From the NCBI GenBank assembly GCA_023426435.1, contig JAFAAS010000018.1:3490-67489 (forward strand): a stretch of DNA of 64,000 nucleotides, read 5' to 3'. Below, one piece after another: positions 61,092 to 64,000 of the stretch (position 1 is the stretch's first letter; every line of letters starts with the position of its first letter). Made by a program: the position numbers and the translations under genes. Source of the stretch: Verrucomicrobiota bacterium. GTDB lineage: Bacteria > Verrucomicrobiota > Verrucomicrobiia > Opitutales > Opitutaceae. The notes under the pieces were generated by a model. It searched no databases, was not told the DNA's origin, and saw only the letters and a list, made by a program, of their open reading frames with translations.

Positions 61092-63857
61092 TCAGAACGA
61101 ATACGTTGCCGTCAGGAAAATTTCGCGCGGGTTCTTGTAGAGGATCGTTCCGCCTTCCTGGTCGTAGGCCTGCGAGATGATGCCGACGCGTTGCACCATG
61201 TCGTTTTGAAAAACATTGCGCACGTTGAGCTGCAGCCGCAGTTCGCGACGATCGCGCAGGTTCCAGCGATAGCCGGCCGTGAAATCCGCCGTATAATCCG
61301 CGTCGCCTTGGTATTCTTCGATCACACCGTCGCCATTCGCGTCGTCGTAACCGATCACCGAGGGTCCGAGGTAACGCACGCCGCCGCCGATCGAGAGCCC
61401 CGCGAGGCGCGTCCCGGCCGCGAACTCGTAATTCGTGAAGAGATTCGCCGTGTATTCGCTCTCGCCCAGCTGCCGCTGCCCGTCGCGCACAAACGAAACC
61501 AGGATCGGGTCGATCGTCGCGATCGCCTGCGCCACCTGACCATTCGGATCCAACGCACCGCCCGACTGCGCCAGCCACTCGTCGCGTTTCGCGGCGTAGA
61601 GGGCCTTGTAATTCAACCCCTGATTCGAAAGCAGCGTGCGCTTCTTCGCCGCATTGAACGTCAGACGCCACTGATCGGTCAGATTCGCCGTCAGCTCGAA
61701 CTCGTAGCCCTTGCCCTGCGTGTCCGTGGTGTCTTGAAACGCCGTCGTGTAGGCGCCCGGTTCGAGCAGGTTCACGATCACCGCGGTCTGCGTCACCACC
61801 GTGCCAAACCAGAAGAAGGTCCGATTCAACTCGGCCGTTTCATAATAACCCGCCGAACCCTGCAGCCGTCCGTTCAACAACCGGAAGCGCAACCCATAGT
61901 CCGTGCCTTCGCCCGCCCGCGGCGGAATCGCCGTCAACGACCACCGCCCATCGCTCCCGAGCGTCGGCACCCGGTTCGACTGGTTGTTAAAGTTCTCCGA
62001 CTTGTTCGCGTAGGCGTAGAGTCCTTCGACGATCTTCAGCGTCGCGCCGTAGGTCTTCGTGTTGCGCCCCGCCGGCGGATCGAAGGGTCCGTAGTCGCCT
62101 GTCACGTAGAAACTCCCCCGATCGTCCTGGGCGCGTCCCGCCCTCCGCCGCGTCTTGAATTCGTCATTGCGCAATCCGCCGATCAACGTGAGTCGATCAC
62201 CAAGGAACCGGCTCACCATCGAAATCTGCCGATAGTCCTGCCGCACGATCTCGTCGCGCAACTGCCCGCCTTGCCACACGAGAAAACCAATGTCCGTCCC
62301 CGGCGCCCGATTCGCGTTGTCACGAGCGGTGTATTGCGGCGCGTCGCCTGTATTCAAATAAACGCGACGATAGACGCGGTGCGCATCGTTCGTGATCGGC
62401 AGGTTCGGCGCCGCCGTGCGGTTGAAATCCGTTTGCCGGGCCGTCTCCGACGTCGAGTTTTCCTCGCGCCGTCCCAGCAGCCCCGCGATCTGGTGCTTGC
62501 CCCACACCTCGCCGAAATCGAATTCGTAGGATGCCGTCAGCCGATAATCGTCGGAGTGCAACTCCTGATGCACTTTCTGCCAGTTGCCCTGCACGAAGGG
62601 CTGCCCCACATTCGGATTCGGCTGCCCGTTCGGCAATTGTTCGTTCGGATCGATCCGCACCTGATACGAGCCGCCACCCACGCCGCCTTGGATCAAAAAC
62701 GGCCGGTTCAGATCGATCGCATAATCCATCTTGTTATAGGCCGCCTCGATGAAGAGCTTATCGAACAACCGCTGCTCGACGAAGATCGAATAGTTTCGCC
62801 CGCTCGTGTCGTTCCGATCGTCCGGCCCGTTGAAATTTTGATGCCGCCTCAACATCGGCTCGAGCGCGCTGCCGCGATCCGTGTTCGTCATCGCCATGCC
62901 GGTCCAGTTCATCACCTGCCCTGAACTTGTGTCGTAGATCAGAATCGGGATCGTGCCCATGCTCGTCACCGTCGTGTCGCCCGCCGGAAGCGGACCGCGC
63001 GCCACGGGAATCGTGTTTCCCGACCAACCGGAATAATAGTCGAGCAGCGGAAATCGCCGCGCAATGTTGCGATCCTGATCCAGCCGCTCGGCATCGAGCC
63101 GGATGGTCGTGTCGCGCCACGGGCGGAACGTCACCGCGCCGTGGATACCGCGCCGTTTCGTGAAACCGTAGTTGATCCAGCTGTCGCTCTCGTCCCACAC
63201 GGCATTGATGCGCGCCGACAGCTTTTTATCCCAGAGGATCTGATTCCAATCGAGCGTCGCGCGATACGCATCGCGCGTGCCGATGCGCCCGCTCACCGCG
63301 CCGATGTTGCCGTTGAAATTCGCGCGCTTCGTCGTGGTATTGACGATGCCGCCGGGCGTGCCCGTCCCGAACAGGATCGAGTTCGGCCCGCGCGCGAAGT
63401 CGAGGCGCTCGACGTTGTAAGCGTCGGAGGCCACCGACCAGGGAAAGAAATTTCGCGTCGCCGTGCCTGATACAAATCCGCGGAAACTCACGCCGGTGTT
63501 GCCGAAGATATTCGCCTCGAAGTTGGCCGACGGAGAATTTTGAAACTGCGGCGTCGCGTTGAGCGCGTAGAGCGACGCTTCCATCACGTCGCCCGCCGCG
63601 ATGTCGTTCAGAAAGTCGCGCGTGAACACCGACACCGCCGCCGGCGTCGTGAGCAGATCCGTATTGAGACGGCTGCCCGCGAGCGTGTTCGTGGCAACGT
63701 AGCCGCGATCACGCGTGGTGCTGACGGTGAACGGCGACAGTTCTATAATCTCGTCGGCGCTCGCAGGATCTGTCTGGGCGTGCCCCAGCGTTCCAAAAAC
63801 CGACGCGAAAACAGCAGCGGCCAACGGTGAGGTTCGACGAGAGAAGGAGGGCAACAT
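61092..63857 (-). CDS. TonB-dependent outer-membrane receptor (921 aa)
   Basis: The ATG at 63857 (MLPSFSRRTSPLAAAVFASVFGTLGHAQT) gives a signal peptide. The plug is IIELSPFTVSTTRDRGYVATNTLAGSRLNTDL. The C-terminus is ...IFLTATYSF. Confidence 0.85.
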   Translation of the reverse strand: MLPSFSRRTSPLAAAVFASVFGTLGHAQTDPASADEIIELSPFTVSTTRDRGYVATNTLAGSRLNTDLLTTPAAVSVFTRDFLNDIAAGDVMEASLYALNATPQFQNSPSANFEANIFGNTGVSFRGFVSGTATRNFFPWSVASDAYNVERLDFARGPNSILFGTGTPGGIVNTTTKRANFNGNIGAVSGRIGTRDAYRATLDWNQILWDKKLSARINAVWDESDSWINYGFTKRRGIHGAVTFRPWRDTTIRLDAERLDQDRNIARRFPLLDYYSGWSGNTIPVARGPLPAGDTTVTSMGTIPILIYDTSSGQVMNWTGMAMTNTDRGSALEPMLRRHQNFNGPDDRNDTSGRNYSIFVEQRLFDKLFIEAAYNKMDYAIDLNRPFLIQGGVGGGSYQVRIDPNEQLPNGQPNPNVGQPFVQGNWQKVHQELHSDDYRLTASYEFDFGEVWGKHQIAGLLGRREENSTSETARQTDFNRTAAPNLPITNDAHRVYRRVYLNTGDAPQYTARDNANRAPGTDIGFLVWQGGQLRDEIVRQDYRQISMVSRFLGDRLTLIGGLRNDEFKTRRRAGRAQDDRGSFYVTGDYGPFDPPAGRNTKTYGATLKIVEGLYAYANKSENFNNQSNRVPTLGSDGRWSLTAIPPRAGEGTDYGLRFRLLNGRLQGSAGYYETAELNRTFFWFGTVVTQTAVIVNLLEPGAYTTAFQDTTDTQGKGYEFELTANLTDQWRLTFNAAKKRTLLSNQGLNYKALYAAKRDEWLAQSGGALDPNGQVAQAIATIDPILVSFVRDGQRQLGESEYTANLFTNYEFAAGTRLAGLSIGGGVRYLGPSVIGYDDANGDGVIEEYQGDADYTADFTAGYRWNLRDRRELRLQLNVRNVFQNDMVQRVGIISQAYDQEGGTILYKNPREIFLTATYSF

Positions 63858-63956
63858 AAGGGTCCTGAAACAGTTGAGGGTAAATCCATCAGCGGCTCCG
63901 CCGCGGGGCATCGCGCGCAGATTCTGCGCTCTTCCTCACACCTCAATTCCCGCGCC

Positions 63957-63972
63957 ATCGAAACCGTTCGAT
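63957..63972. promoter_or_regulatory. Palindrome ATCGAA-ACCG-TTCGAT about 100 bp upstream of the TonB-receptor start
   Basis: Perfect 6-bp inverted half-sites with a 4-nt spacer, read directly. Confidence 0.3.
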
Positions 63973-64000
63973 AGACATAGCCGTTGGCCGGATCGGAAAA

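Overview
This is 64 kb of high-GC bacterial chromosome, annotated by eye from the sequence and the ORF track. No database or HMM search was possible, so family names are motif-level recognitions. Long Arg/Pro/Gly-rich ORFs antisense to almost every real gene are a GC-content by-product and were rejected.

The gene content points to a Verrucomicrobia (Opitutaceae-type) polysaccharide degrader, by inference only. The evidence is four Cys-type sulfatases, three SusD-less TonB-dependent receptors that all begin ...LSPFTVS..DRGY, three LacI-type regulators and a giant secreted multidomain protein.

The window has two parts.

(1) Bases 1 to about 5.6 kb are the visibly more AT-rich right end of an integrative element. 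It carries:
- a tyrosine integrase and an AlpA-type excisionase;
- a DUF5658-like membrane protein;
- a translationally coupled three-gene cassette: a tandem degenerate HNH-like protein, an ERCC4 nuclease and an Ala/Pro-rich unknown;
- two consecutive DUF2384 antitoxin-type genes with no toxin partner.

(2) About 5.8 to 64 kb is a large sulfatase, glycosidase and transporter cluster resembling a polysaccharide-utilisation locus (PUL-like). It carries:
- a signal-peptide RraA-like protein;
- two TIM-barrel hydrolases of GH5/GH140 type;
- a sulfatase-HEAT fusion and three further sulfatases;
- an ICMT-domain membrane fusion divergent from a GT-C-like membrane protein;
- a 21 kb minus-strand gene train: uxuA, Na+/solute symporter, TonB receptor, a 3190-aa giant protein, a beta-propeller with two CBM-like repeats, and an 840-aa hydrolase-like protein;
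- GH78-like, GH36 and beta-helix proteins;
- an MFS/GPH transporter;
- an ATGA-coupled operon of a secreted esterase, a signal-less sulfatase and a signal-less GH36.

The best leads are:
- an unassigned clan-GH-A-like catalytic module present in three copies, two of them inside the giant protein;
- the nuclease cassette on the mobile element;
- the ICMT fusion;
- the apparently cytoplasmic sulfatase operon;
- candidate LacI operators, including a perfect 16-bp palindrome.

No rRNA, tRNA or CRISPR array was found.
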